This document shows, piece by piece, positions 24,021 through 38,340 of a stretch of DNA of 64,000 bases. The notes under the pieces were generated by a model. The model made no database searches. It was not told the origin of the DNA and saw only the letters and a list, made by a program, of their open reading frames with translations. Position 1 is the stretch's first letter. The number at the start of each line of letters is the position of its first letter. The DNA comes from Octopus sinensis (lineage: Eukaryota), in the NCBI RefSeq assembly GCF_006345805.1, contig NC_042999.1, forward strand, positions 65,162,001 through 65,226,000. The letters run 5' to 3'. The translations under genes were made by a program, and so were the position numbers.

Positions 24021-24309
24021 TGTCCATTAACTTTAACGACTTAGCCATCTTTAGATGTTTTCTGTTTTCTTATCTCTACTTCTTTTCAATACTATACTTT
24101 TAATGTCGAGATGGTTCCAGTTCCTAAAGTTTCCTGACTTCCAAATAAACAATGATATACCTTACACGTCAAGGAGTCTCAATATTTTTATCGCCTTTAA
24201 TACTGTCTAATACATTAGATTTTCAGTTTGTTCCTAACAGATGTAAACGTTCACTGCAGAAAAGAAAAGAAAAACGACAAACCTATATAATAAGTGTATT
24301 TGCATTAAA

Positions 24310-24435
<126 letters not shown>

Positions 24436-24506
24436 GTGTTTATTTATCCTTATGTATCTTACGTCATCGTTTTTAAAGCTGTACCTACTTCGAGTTCCAC
24501 TTACAA

Positions 24507-24563
<57 letters not shown>

Positions 24564-25362
24564 TCACATACACTCACATGAGTGTATGTGTTTGTGTGTG
24601 TGTGTGCATATGTGTGCATATGTGGCTCTGTGTGCTTGTCTGTATTTGTCTGCGTCTAAGTATGTATAATAAAAGATACATTCTTGATATATTGTAAATG
24701 TCTCTGCTTCCAGATATGGTAAGATTTTCCAAACCTGAAAGGTAAATAATCTCAAGAATCAAGAATACTTCAAAATTTTCATGTTGTTATTGAAATTCCG
24801 TCTGATCGTCTGATGATAGAAATACAGTTAGTTGCAAACCCATGTTTCTGCCTCAGTAAACCGAAACTCATCTTATATGTTATTCAGTATACCTGTATGC
24901 CACTTTGTTGTCCAAAGACAGACCACTATTAAGCTTGTTAGATTTCTGTTACTTCATTTCCCTTTAATTTATGTTCCTTACCCATGCCATAAGTGTGTCC
25001 TACTCTTTCTCATAAATATCTAAGCGCCTTGACAGCTGAAGATAAAGGAGAACAATTGCTATTCTAATGGCGCCCGCTAATGCGGAAACACGTATCGGAA
25101 AACGGTGATCTGTCCTCAGACAATCTGACGCTCGTTTCATTATTAACATGTCATTTTTGTAGAATTCTTGATTTTCGAAATTATCCTCCTTCATGCTATC
25201 CTGTCTGGAAGCGGAAATGATTCCAATATCCATGATTTTATCTTGTACGTTATTTAGTATATCTTTATTCGTCTTTGTTGTTCAAATACAGGCAACTGAC
25301 TTACTTGATCTTATCAAATTTAATTTTCGTCTGTATGTCTGCATGTTTATATAAATGCTGGC

Positions 25363-25432
<70 letters not shown>

Positions 25433-25451
25433 TATCTTTTTATGATTTACA

Positions 25452-25620
25452 TATTTCAGTCATTAAACTGCAGCTTTGCTGGGCTCGCGGCTCGAAGAAT
25501 TTTTACCGAATAAATCAACACCAGTGATTTTGTTTTAAGCAAGGTACTTATTCTATCGAACACTTTTACTGAACCACTAAGTTACAGGGGAATTAAACAT
25601 ACGTCAGTTATGAAGCGGTG
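25452..25620 (-). mobile_element. Old SINE family A 3' fragment
   Basis: Diverged match TTCAGTCATT..ACTGC..GCTGG...TACTTATTCTATCG. Confidence 0.6.
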
Positions 25621-27189
25621 CTGCAAGTCAAAAAGCATTTAATAGAATTTAAAACAACAGATCTTCCTATGGATCAACACGATAAATAACAACAAAAATA
25701 AAGAAACGCTCGCCTGGAAATTCTAAACTTATTGAAACATTAATATCATAAGTTCAAGCGAAATATTATATATGGCAGCCTCTGTACTTACAGAGGTGAA
25801 GTTTGCTTCAGTACATCTCATATACGGATACGAGATCCCAGTGCAAACAATATAGAAACTGAATATACAGAACAGGCTAGAACGTAACAGAAATATCTCT
25901 GAAACTTTCATAAAATCAATAAGAAAACGAAGGTGAGAAATACTTCGGAAATATCATAGAACAAAAAAAAAAAAGAAAAAAATATCGATAAATCAAAGAA
26001 CGTCTGAAAGGAGAGATCCTCACTAACTCGGAAAGAATCAGCGTGGATGTAAAGCAACAATTCTTGGAGTGAAACAAAGAGTGCAATTTCAATCTATGAT
26101 AATTTTATTGGGAAGTAGGTGGAATTTTAATGACAATTTATGCAGAACTATCAGCTTAAGAAACAGAATTATTCTGGGAAAGAATATGGAGAGCGAATAC
26201 GCGACAAGAGAAGGAAATTGATCAGTATCAGAGGATCAATGAATGATCATAACAATCCAGGAAGTATCGTACATGCTATAAAATCACAAAGAACTGCAAA
26301 GTACGGGAAGATGATAAGGTCACAAACCTTTAGTCAAATAATTGACAACATACGTGGATACAGATATTATTTAATTAGATACTAATGGAACCGCCGACAA
26401 CGCCTAGCTGGCAAATTGAAGGAAAATGCCAAGACAAATGAAACAACAATTCTTCAAACAACAGTACAATAAGAAAAGGGAAAATTCCAACTACAACAAC
26501 AGTGCAGTGGATAAATATTCAATCAGAGAAACACATATCTCCTGGTTTATTTGACACGGCATTAAAGAACGAAGGATGCTTTATTGAAAACGAGTTTAAC
26601 TGACAGAGATCATCTAACTCCAGCCATTGAAAATTAAAGCGATGCTTCATGTAAGGGAAAAATTATATAATAAAATTTTATTTAGAAAATACATTATTAA
26701 AAAAAAGTGTAAGTTATTCGTAAAATGGAACTAATATTTAAAAAGCAATTCTTTGATAAACCGTCGCCTGGTGTAATGCCACTAGCTGGATATTAGGTGC
26801 CTTTTGCAGAGTTGGGTCTACTGAATGCATTTGGTCAGGTCTCTTGTGTAAAAATAATGTCCTTTCATCTCTTTTGGAGACTATGCAAATGGATACGAGC
26901 TGCTACACATTCTTCTTTGAATAAATCATAAAAGCAATACATCTGATAAGACATTTTGAAAAATCTTCCACCAGTTCATGTGTTTGAAGCTGACACTAAT
27001 AAACATTCACTAAGGTATTAATAATTAAACATCAGAGGGAAAGTTACACCGGCAACAAAAGAAACGGAAATACAGTGGGAGTAGTTTTATAGTCGAAATG
27101 AAACCGTACAATAGAGAGGAAGAGAAAAATAGAGCGGAAATGTAACACTACGAATATGGCTCCCGTTTGAATAGTGGGGCATTTCCTAT

Positions 27190-27660
27190 CACAATAAAAA
27201 CGTTGGCAATTGGAAATGCTCCAGAAAATATAAATTCCAAATATCTGGTTAACGCACTTAGCCAGTATATAGATGCCGCTTTAGCAACAGCATTCAATGA
27301 ATTGTTAATTCGGCTATAATTAACACACAATAGACTGATAGATTGGAAAATAATATTTATTCTCTTAATTATGAAGTATAAAACATTTGTGACTAAAGAA
27401 GAAAAAAATGAACTACATACCAATAACCTGTTTAACTACTGGATATAAGGCCATGATCTCAGTCTGCCTGCTTACACAAGAAAAAGAAAATCATACTGAA
27501 AGTAAACCAACGCTGTGAATGGATATAATAAAATAATAGTTATTAGAAAGCAGAAATTTTCAAAGACAGTAAAGAAATAACCAATAATCCGTTGCGGATG
27601 GATTTCCGCAAAAAATAATTCTGATGCATGAATCAATAATAGAAGTTCAAAACAGTTAGT
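27190..27660 (+). mobile_element. Highly decayed RLE-type LINE RT N-terminal fragment
   Basis: Frame-broken NWK.P, LATAFNELL, NYIPITCLTTGYKAM (compare NYRPITCL) and WMDFRK (compare WIDYKKAFD). Confidence 0.55.
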
Positions 27661-27808
27661 CGACTTTCCAGCCATCAAATGACACCCCTACTGTCGTAAG
27701 AAAAGAAGGATCCATTTGGTGTTATTGTATTCATGGATAGAAAAACAAAAAAAAAAAAAAACAGTGTGGTTTCAGTTAACTTCAGAGTAAATAGAAGCAG
27801 CAACACTA

Positions 27809-28215
27809 GTGGAGGCGCAATGACCCAATGATTAGAGCAGAGGACTCGCGGTCGGAAGACAGCGGTTTCGATTCCCAGACCGGGCGTTGTGTGTGTATTT
27901 ATTGAGCGAAAACACCTAAAGCTCCACGAGGCTCCGGCAGGGGGTGGTGGCGACCCCTGTTGTACTCTTTCGCCCCAACTTTCTTTCACCCTTCTTCCTG
28001 TTTCTTGTCCCCGACTTCCTACGCAACTGCTGAGCTTGGATGCGCATTCCTCCATCCGTCGATGATCTCGGTGTCGGACGATTGACCTGCTTTCTCTTCT
28101 GCGGGTCTTACGAATAGCAAAAGACCACGTTTCGGACTTCTCCCATCTTGTGAGCTCTGGGACGACGACCGCTACGCTCAGAACTACAACAGCAGCAACG
28201 CTACATTTCGATAAC
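27809..28215 (+). mobile_element. SINE family C with an alternative long 3' region
   Basis: Family C head, then CTTCCTGTTTCTTGTCCCCGACTTCCTACGCAAC...; the same region is inverted at 52935-53241. Confidence 0.8.
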
Positions 28216-28824
28216 TTTGCTGCCAATACCCAAAACATTAACTTGTCCAGATACTATATCAACCGTTTCTATCGCCCCTCCATCAAGCTCTCGCTTGTTA
28301 TCATCAATAGTTATCATCAATAGAACTTCCCCAGTGATCTGTTTCTGTTATGAGAGACCACTGACTAATAGCCTGATACCAAATTTCGGTACTTCAGATT
28401 GCTTCCTGGTAAAACCGAACTACGCAACGCCAAACTTACATTGATCATATCTCATAAAGTAGCAATTTCCTTCTGAATCCTTTCGCCTTATAACATTTTA
28501 AAACATGCTTAAAATCATTAAGAAACATCGAACCATTATGTACTTATAATAGTACAATCATCCTCTGAAAGTTATACAATCAACTGTTGAACTTCTGCCA
28601 CGATCCCCAAAGACAGAACAAACCAACAAATTTTTCGAGCACTTCAATCATTCCATTTCCAAACAAAGGTAATCACTTGTCTCTAGACTACAGAAGAATT
28701 ATACTGGCATCGCTGTATCCTCATAGAGATCACCTGAAGCGGAGTATATGTACATAAAGACATACATACATATGTACATTCACACACACACATACACACA
28801 CATATCTATGTATACATGTACGCA

Positions 28825-28876
<52 letters not shown>

Positions 28877-29452
28877 GATATATATATATATATGTATATA
28901 TATGTATATGTATGTATGTACGTACGTACGTATTTAATTATTACATAAGTGAGTATGTGTGTGAGAGAATTGGTGGATGGTTAAGTGATGAATATATGCA
29001 AAGAATAAGAATGGTAATTATAGAATAAGTTATTAAATATATTCTCATTTAGTTTCACTAATAAATCCAATAACGTTGTTAATCTCGTTGAGTTGGTACA
29101 GATTACTATTTATTTTACTTCATTTCAAATTTATCAATTTTGGAGGTGATTGAATGTAATTGTTTCCTCGTCCTTCCAAATTACTATAGTATATTCTGGC
29201 CTGAGTATACAATAATGTATATTCCACATGGTGTATAAAATGATATAATGTTAGCAGTTGCATAGAAGAAGATATTAATATATAGGCTATATATTGATAT
29301 ACTAACATAGAAATAGCCATTGTAGATTGCTAGGCTTACGGTGCTTAATTGCATACGAGGTCTACATTCTGATGTATAATTTTGCAAATGCAACATGGTG
29401 TTGCACATTTAAAGGGGTCGAAGATATATCTGCGATAATATATTGGTTTAGT

Positions 29453-29905
29453 TATGGCTGAGTGGGTACGAAGTCCACTTAGCAACCATGGGGTTTCGAG
29501 CATAATCCCACGGCACGGCACATTGGGCTAATATCTTCGATTATAGCTCCGAGCCAATATATTCCTTTCGAGTAAATTTGGTAGAAGGGAACTGCATGGA
29601 AGCTCTTCACACACACACATATATAGATATGTGTGTATGTGTGTCTGTGTGTAAGCGTATATGTGTGTGAGTATGTGTGTGTGTATGTGTGTATATCTAT
29701 AAGTGCGTGCCATGAAGTTTATTTGTTCGTGTTTGTCCCCGCCAACATTTGACAGCAAAATTTGGTTTGTTTACGTTCACTCAACTGAGCGTTTTGGCAA
29801 AAAGATAGAATATTACCAGATTTAAAAATTAAGTGCTTGGGTCGATGTGTTCTAAATAACTCTTCAAGTTGGTGCCCCCTGATGGCTGTAGTTAAACAAT
29901 GACTG
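29453..29905 (+). mobile_element. Old, diverged SINE family A copy
   Basis: Collinear diverged head, central (TG)n tract and tail. Confidence 0.65.
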
Positions 29906-30723
29906 AAAGAATTAAATGCTGAAAGTTATTTTGTTTGACATTTTTTACTGCTTTTTTTATTTAAATAGCATACTACAAACTATAGCATCGATGGCAGAGG
30001 GGTGTAACCGGTTCACCACTGCTCCATTGCCTCTTTAGATGGATGAAACTTAGCAAGGAGTTCATGCATATTTCAGTTGTAAAATCAAAACAAAAATCGT
30101 CATGGGAAATTTGTTTGGAAGTAGAGATTTGTAGCAAGCGTTGTTTTAGCTAATTAATGAAAGGAACAAAGCTGAGTTACGATCTCTCATTTCTGTTGTC
30201 GGTAGTTGGCGCTTTGATGATACTGTACTTCCAGCAGTCTTTGCGACATATAATTTCCGCTGGAAAGATATATAAACTCTAGAGGGACATTTACTTTCCC
30301 TTTTTTTCTTATTCGGCGCACTGGACTGAATTCTTGACCCCTAGCTCTCGGAGCGGTTGGTTCGCTTTGCTCTTAGCCTTTACCGCTATCTCAGTATGTA
30401 GCTAGTGCACTCCTTACTCTATTCTGGTCCAGAAATATTCACATAAGATGAACCTTTAAGCATTATTGCCAACTGGCTTATTCTCCAGCCAACTAGCCAC
30501 CAACTAATTTTCACAAGCTATGAAACAACCACGTTTGTGCACATGCTATTTCACATGCACTATTTGTAAAAGCAGAGTTAGATAAGTTATCTAAGCTTTG
30601 ACTGAATGTTATTTCTCATACCAACGTACACGCAGCTTAACACAAGACAAACAAGAAAACCTAATTTATGTTCGACTTCTCACTAAATATTTATAGATTT
30701 TCGTGCTGATGTAAATATATTTA

Positions 30724-30925
30724 CGATGGAGTACTAAAAGTTCTTGGCTTTGGGTAAAAGAAAATACAGGAGGATCAGTTATGGTTATTTTCTTTAAATT
30801 TCTCCCTCAGATTCAAATACTTATTGCAGTGGTCCTTTAACACTGTAAAAAACACTGGGAATGTTGGGCTTCCAGCCAGGCCCTTCGTGATACCCTTAAA
30901 GCCAGGAACTGTTCTGTACCCCTCG
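30724..30925. mobile_element. Mariner-type MITE with about 30-bp TIRs and TA TSD
   Basis: TA|CGATGGAGTACTAAAAGTTCTTGGCTTT ... AAAGCCAGGAACTGTTCTGTACCCCTCG|TA; second copy at 54035-54252. Confidence 0.8.
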
Positions 30926-31129
30926 TATTTACTACTAATATACAATAGCAAAAGATATACTCATACATGCAAACTTTCATATAATTTCAGAGAAGTAAGT
31001 TTCACAAGCCAGGCATTTATTAACGAGCAATTTATATTCCCATTGGTTTTGTCTGTGGGCATTGGACAGCGGCATGGTACATACTAGAAATCAGAAACCG
31101 GTAAAATCAACATGGCTGCGACTGTTTTG

Positions 31130-31700
31130 AAGATTTGCAAACAACTACTCGTGTAAGGAGAGAAATGCGGAAGAGTGGGAGGAAGAGATGATTAGGACGA
31201 AGGAGATGATTATTAAGAAATCCAGGAGGGTGGATAGGATATGGATAAGTAGAGGAAGAAACGAGCTGGGAGCATCTTAGAGACTGTACAGGTCGAAAAA
31301 CGCGAGGCATTGTTGTAACAATAGAAAGACTAGACAAAAATGAGAATATCTCTTTTGGTAGAATTAGGTGTTCGGATTGAAATACGTGATTAATGAGAGA
31401 AATTGACGTGTTACCTGAGGGTACTGGATTTCAGTAGAAATCTCACATGCCCGATCGGTTGGTTAGCAACTTCATGCTAATATGTGGAGAGGCCTTTCTT
31501 TGATTATGATCTGAGATTTTTGTATGTGATGCAGCAGTTCCTTCTTGGTCAAGATTTTAAGAAAAGTACTCTACTGTAGACCTCACATGAGGTTTTAAAG
31601 AGTGTTATCAGTTGTTGGACAGTGAAGTATTTTCTTGATTATGGAGACAATATTTATGAGATGCAGGTTTGGTTATGTTGATGACGTACATTCAACAAGA
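31130..31700 (-). mobile_element. Highly decayed APE-type LINE (CR1/Jockey-like) post-RT fragment
   Basis: Minus-strand KYFTVQQLITLFK..HVRSTVEYFS resembles the conserved LYKAQVRP.MEYCS motif. Confidence 0.45.
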
Positions 31701-34110
31701 GGAATACTCAGTGATAGTGAGGCCGAAATGGCTTTTGAGACGCTTACGAACTTTCATGCGTGTCAATCTTGTTTAGAATTAGTAGTGTGCGCTAGTATGT
31801 CTGAAGGACGTGAGATTGAAATGAGCTTTGTGGGGCTACAACAGAAAGCAGCTTCTATTTTCGTGACGTAAGATTAATTTCATACCAACTATTTTCGAAG
31901 CGAACATCTTAATCACAATTTTATTCATTAATCTATATTATTGTCTAATCAGCAAACGCAAATTGCAGAGTCTGTCACTCGTAGGGGAGAATGCGTTGAT
32001 TTTGCGGTAATCCCTTAAGCCCTTAACATCCAAGGGCTCAAATTCTATCGAAGCCAATCTTCACTTTTCATCAATTTGATGTCGAAAAGTAGAGTACCAA
32101 TTCTGTATTAATTTACATACTTTTTTCCCCTAGAGTCAGCTTTCGTGTCCGTCATTTTCACTTCTGGAAAAGACTGCAGTCAGACGTAGGGAGGGATAGA
32201 GTCACGAAGTCTAAAATTATTCCAAAATCACAACATATGTCACGACGCCATCTAAACTACTTCATCAAAAATGAAGCCCCTCTGGCATGCCATGCATCGT
32301 CTACAAAATCTTGATTAAGTAATAATAACAGGAAATTAATTACGTACGAATAATATTTACTAAGTGGCAGTTGTGATGAATGAGATTAGAATTAAGATTT
32401 TAACATTTTAACACTCTCGAACTTTCCACAATGTTGAAATCAAATTGCGAAATTTATGATTTGTTTTGGAAACAGTCGTGAATAGATCTTGGCAGACAGA
32501 ATTTCGGCTAGAAATAGAAAACCTTACGTAACAAAGTTACCAAACAAATTTCTTTAAATACATTCCAGTTTTTAATTTCTGTAACTTCAGTAAACCAATG
32601 CCAAACTTTGGCACAACGTTTTACTGACATTAAATTACCTATCGTGTTTCAGTGCAGTAAAAATATACTTGCAGAGTCATTATTAACTCATCAGAGCTAA
32701 TACTTAATGACACAAAGCAATGACATAGCCAGCTTTTATATAAGATGTTTGTGTCGTTGCATAATGAAAATTGATTTTATAGTATAATGAAATTGGCACA
32801 GAAAATATCTGTTTCCAGTGTGAAATCTCTAAAGGTATGCAGTATTGGCTGTGAGGAGTATTTAATTGGGAGTTGATCTACGTAAAACCGATGTAAAAAG
32901 CGTTGAACACTTAACATATTGGAAAGAAAATGTTGAGCTGTCACTTTAGTTCTCTCGATAAAGAGAACTGTCTTCTCTTCGTAGCATCTGTTCGTGTAGT
33001 TGGTTTTGAATTTATAAATACTCCTGAATGCATATACACATGCACTCACGCACATGTATAAAAATACATACACACATATATGCACGCAACCTTATATTTT
33101 CTTTTCTCTGACGTGTGTGTCTCTCTTTCTCTATCACCATCTGTTTCTGTTCAGTAAAAGACTTGATTAATGCAGGTCTGCAGCTTAGTATGCTACTACA
33201 CGTTGCATAGCAATTAATATATCAACTGATTCCCATTCATTTGGACGGAGATTGAATTTTCGTGGTTCTGTGTTCAAATTAAAGTCGTCGTAAAATATAA
33301 AGTTTTATGGTAAACTTTTCTGCAAATAATGTTTCCTTCACTAACACCATAGATGAAAGATGACCTGCCACATAGAAGGATTTTGATTTGATTAAAAATT
33401 AAGATACCTTACTTTCAAATTCTTTCCAACATATTTGTAGATTTTCCACTGAAGTACAAGAGAAGAGAGTTCTTCTGTATACAGATGCTTACCCATGGCC
33501 CTGTTGCGATCTCAACAGAAATTCGCTTTGTATGGAAGACAAAGGATGCATCAAACTTCTTTTTTATCGGGGAGACAGAGCAGAAAATGCTTAACCCTCT
33601 TTCAAAATTGAGCAGAATATTATGTAAGATTCAAGCGCTGCTTGACCCAAAGGAAGTTGACAAGAAATGTATAGTTACTTAATGTGTTATTTTTACCAAG
33701 ATTATATATGGCACACATTAATTTCTTGTCTACAATTCAGCGAAAATCATGAAATGTATCATAAAAAGATCTGTGCCACAATTTCTGCCTTGCAGAAGCA
33801 AACCGGCCACGATGTGCAAAACCCATGAAGAATATAGTAGCAGGAATAAGACTTTCAAATGTCCTTATAAATAGAAAAAGAACCACACTATCCACTTTGG
33901 ATATGTTCTAACAGACCAGGAGCAACGAAATACATTGTTGAGGTCACGAATAGTGAAGAATCAACAATTATATAGTGACAGACTGAATGGCCCGAGGAAT
34001 ACTCAAGCAGTTGAACAGATTCATTTGAAGTGTAGCATTAACTTATAACGAAAATAATGATAATAATAATAATAATAATAATAATAAGGATGATGATGAT
34101 GATGATGATG

Positions 34111-34225
34111 CACTTTCCATACAATAACCATCAGAGCATCACAACAAATCACAGCACATACCCAAGGCACACATAGCTGCGCTCGGTAGTGAAGTGAAAG
34201 CACGCTATAAAAATAAAACTACTGA
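34111..34225 (+). mobile_element. 3' UTR-only copy of the RLE LINE at 15124-15712
   Basis: Near-identical to 15600-15712; flanked by (TAA)n/(TGA)n on the left and (TAA)n on the right. Confidence 0.9.
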
Positions 34226-34419
34226 ATAATAATAATAATAACAATAATAATAATAATAATGATAATAACGATAAAAATAATAATGATAATAATAATAATA
34301 ATAGAGATAGAGACAGTGCATATGATTTTGATGCTGAACTGACACTTCCAGAATAACATATACATTTATGCACTCTGAAACACACATATATGGCGCGCAC
34401 GCACACTCACACTCACATA

Positions 34420-35280
34420 TACTTATCAGTGACCCGTTGGGTCACAACCACTCCAAGTTGAAAATGTCGATGCGCGGTGGCAAAGGAAACAAAAATTTAT
34501 ATTTCGAACTTCATGCAATAAAATTCTACAGCATAAAGTAATGTTTTTGCAAAGTCACTATTGATGCACAATGAATAGAATTCTATCAGTGTTATTATGA
34601 TATGTCATTCATTGACAGCCATATATATATATACTCATTATTTCTGAGCAATATTCTCTGTTCATCTGATAGATGAACTTGCAGTTTCACTATTACTTCA
34701 TGAATACAAAATCCTAAAATGGATGCAACTGCTTCGGATGGTCCAATATACTTAACCATTAGATATTGTCTAATTTCGTTACCATTGTTTATTTGAACAG
34801 CAACTTGGTCATTTCCTTTCAGCGTGTACTTGATAACTTTCTTAACGTACTGAAACAATTATTCAACGTTGCAGTGGCATTTAAATGCTCTTAGAAGAGG
34901 TTCATTATAAGGTACAGCCCATTTATTGTTTGTTTTTTCCATTCTTATGAGATTCAGCTCTTCCCATTACAACTGATATTCAACTATAAAGAGATGGACT
35001 CTCTGTCTGTTTTTTTTTTCTGCCTTTTGATTAAGATGTTAAAGATTTTCAATAAAATAGTAATTTTCTCCATTAAGAAAAAAAAAAAATCATGTACACG
35101 TGATTAAAAAAAATATCTCATAATAATATAGGGAGAATTTATATCTTTCAGTCCACAGCACTCCGAAAGTTGTAGAAATGATTAAGGCAAGAATAAAGAG
35201 AGTAACATAATAGGACGGACGGCGGTAGCTGCGATGACTCTTTGAAGTGTCACCGCCTCAAATCGACATTTTAAAATTAT
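34420..35280 (-). mobile_element. Helitron/Helentron-derived remnant containing a Rep-helicase fragment
   Basis: ORF 34595..34858 reads KVIKYTLKGNDQVAV..NEIRQYLMVKYIGPSEAV..ILGFCIHEV..KLQVHL..EQRI, the conserved RepHel linker. Hairpin GTGACCC/GGGTCAC at 34429-34445; subterminal inverted repeats. The coding homology is firmer than the boundaries. Confidence 0.6.
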
Positions 35281-35861
35281 TTTTTTTTTGAAAGGGAGAA
35301 ATGACTGTTTTATTTGTAAGCTTTATCATCTTAATCAAAGGGCAGGAAAATAGAAAAACTTTGAGTTTTAGCATAATATAGACATATTGAAATATATTTA
35401 TATAACGCTACGCAGTCTGGTTTTTTTTTACTCAGTTGTAAAATGTTCTTGGAATATTTTTCTGCGACGTCTTTTATGTCTTTCTCTTTCTTTGTATATT
35501 TTTTGCCATCCACCCCCTCTCTCTCTCTTTCCCTCCTTAATACTTTACTTCTTCCTTCGTTCTGACTTTCTATCTGGCCTTCTGCCGTCTCCAGTTCTAC
35601 AGGACATTTTCGTTTTTCTTTGCGTTACTGTCTTGCAGCCGCACGTCTTTCTTAGTGAAGTATGCTTCTTTTGTCGTATTTATTTTCACCGTTAAAGGCG
35701 TGAAATTGTAAGGATATTTGCGACGTTGGCTGATGAGGAGTAAGCTACGAATTTTCTGTTTGATATGTTCTGGTAAAAAAATCCGTTTGTTGTGTTTTTA
35801 TTAAATTTTTGAAATATACATATGGTCCTTTATTATTTTACACGTTTCAAGTGATTGTGTC

Positions 35862-36212
35862 CTGCTGGGGCACCGCCTTTAGTCGAAGAAATCGACCCCC
35901 AACACGTATTCTTTGTAAGACTAGTACTTATTCTGTCGGTCTCTTTTACCGAACCTCTATATTTCGGGGGGCATAAACATATCAACATCGGTTGTCAAGC
36001 AATGGTCGTGTGCTAAGGAGACAAAAATTCCCACACATAATTATATATACATATATGTACACGACGGGCGTCTTTCAGTTTCCGTCTACTAAATCCATTC
36101 ACAAGGCTTTGATCGGTCCGGTGCAATAGTAGAAGACACCTGCTCAAGGTGCCACGCAGTGGGGTTGAACCCGGAACCATTTGGTTGGGAAGCAAGCTTC
36201 TTACCACATAGT
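35862..36212 (-). mobile_element. SINE family A
   Basis: Reverse complement match to 18560-18962. Confidence 0.85.
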
Positions 36213-36302
36213 CACACATGCACATGCACACAGCCATGCTTGCACCTGCACAGAGCCATGCCTGCACCTCCACATCTGCCCCACGACTATATATAGTAAT
36301 TC

Positions 36303-36515
36303 TGCGGCGAGCTGGCAGAAACGTTAGCACGCCGGGCGAAATGCTTAGCCGTATCTCGTCTGCCGTTTCGTTCTGAGTTCAAATTCCGCCGAGGTTGACT
36401 TTGCTTTTCATCCTTTCGGGGTCGATAAATGAAGTACCAGATGCATACTGGGGTCGATATAATCGACTGGGCCCCTCCCCAAAAACTTCTGGCCTTGTGC
36501 CTAGAGTAGAAAAGT
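36303..36515 (+). mobile_element. SINE family B, alternative tail
   Basis: Head identical in layout to 16665; tail as in 18205-18395. Confidence 0.88.
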
Positions 36516-37287
36516 GTATTTTAAATGACATCTTGATATAGAACCTGAATATTTTTGAGTCAATAAATAAATCATTTTATTCTTTTAATTGAAATCAATC
36601 ACTGACTCTACGTGAAAGTCAACTGTCGGGGTATATATTATTGCTGCATTGCAGTTTAGCCGGACAGTATCAGGAAACGAAAATCAATTTATACGTTGTT
36701 GTTTTCTTTTACTCTGTATTCCTGAAAGTATTTTGACTTTTAAAGTCGAATTAATTTGAGTAATCACGATTGAAGAAAATGAAAGAAATTCAATTCGTTT
36801 TAAACGCAATCACTTGCAATTAGATGTTTCATTTGAAACCGCATTAACTGCTGAAAATAATTACAATTTGATGTGCAGTACAACGTAACGACCTTTTGTT
36901 CGCCAAGCAAACGAAATTACTCTCTCAATAGATAATGTCAAAGAACATTCGGAATGTGTGTGTGTGTGTGAACTATACGAAGGTTCATGGGTGTTGCAGA
37001 ATATTATAATGACTTGGAAGATAGTTACAAGTCTTGAGATTTGGAGAAATGTATCGAACACAGCCATCAGTGTGATATTTAGGGAAGAGCATAATCAATT
37101 GACGCGACCACAGTATATGACTGGTACTTTATTTTATTGAGTCCTGAACATTGTAATAAAATGATCAAGTCATCGAAATGTGTTCGATGAGAAAATCTTC
37201 TACCCTACTTGTGTTGCTTAGATCGGCTGAAATTCACATTCTGTTGCTGTATAATTATACTACATCTATCCTTGTTTACACGAGTGT

Positions 37288-37507
37288 TTACTCTTTTACT
37301 CTTTACTCGTTTACTTGTTTCAGTCATTTGACTGCGGCTATGCTGGAGCACCGCCTTTAGTCGAGCAAATCGACCCCGGGACTTATTCTTTGTAAGCCCA
37401 GTACTTATTCTATCGGACTCTTTTTGCCGAACCGCTAAGTGACGGGGACGTAAACACACCAGCATCGGTTGTCAAGCAATGCTAGGGGGACAAACACAGA
37501 CACACGA

Positions 37508-37560
<53 letters not shown>

Positions 37561-37700
37561 TACAACAGGTTTCTTTCAGTTTCCGTCTACCAAATCCACT
37601 CACAAGGCATTGGTCGGCCCGGGGCTATAGCAGAAGACAGTTGCCCAAGATGCCACGCAGTGGGACTGAACCCGGAACCATGTGGTTGGAAAGCAAGCTA
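37288..37700 (-). mobile_element. SINE family A
   Basis: Near-identical reverse complement of 18560-18962. Confidence 0.92.
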
Positions 37701-38340
37701 ACAAAACATACTGGTAAATCAATCTGTGATAAACGAATCATTTTCACACATTTTGTACATGGAACGATTTAGATGATTCACTTGCATTAAACTTGTGCCC
37801 ACAATAGTAGAGCCTCCATCTTCGCGTGTTTTCTTGATTAACATTCAAATAGAGAAGATCAAATACATTCTCCGGCCTTATATGTTATACTCAGGCACCT
37901 TCCTACTTCACTGGTTCACTGGTTCCTTGTTAATGGGCACGAGTACGTAAGTTTATATAAAAAATAGACTGCTTCGCAGCACTGTCTGGGGGCAAAGACT
38001 GTAGTCAGTGCATTGTGGGGAGCTGAGCTGTGTGGCTGGATTACTGTACTGCTGTATAATTCAGAGAATATTTTCTATCTCATTTTTCTTTCTGAGATAT
38101 TAAGATAACATAGTATTTAACGTTTCTCTTATCACATACACGGTACATTATGAATTCCAGATAGTTTATTGGCCTTCAATATTTGTCATGGTTTGAAAAT
38201 TACAAATTAGTATTAAATTCAGTTAATATTAATTCGTGTATAGAAATTATTATTTCCATCTTTTATACATGCGTATTCAACATATGTTGTAGTAGCAGCA
38301 GCAATTACAACATATGTTGAATACGCACGTATAAAAGATC

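Noticed and set aside
27148-27678. Hydrophobic minus-strand ORFs as membrane-protein exons
   Set aside because: They are antisense to a decayed RLE-LINE RT fragment; AT-rich codons explain the hydrophobicity.
31635-31871. YVDD motif on the plus strand as an RT active site
   Set aside because: No surrounding RT motifs on that strand; the opposite strand matches a LINE post-RT region better.
33485-33960. Possible host exon(s)
   Set aside because: No recognisable domain in any frame and no convincing splice-site pair; cannot be supported without RNA-seq.
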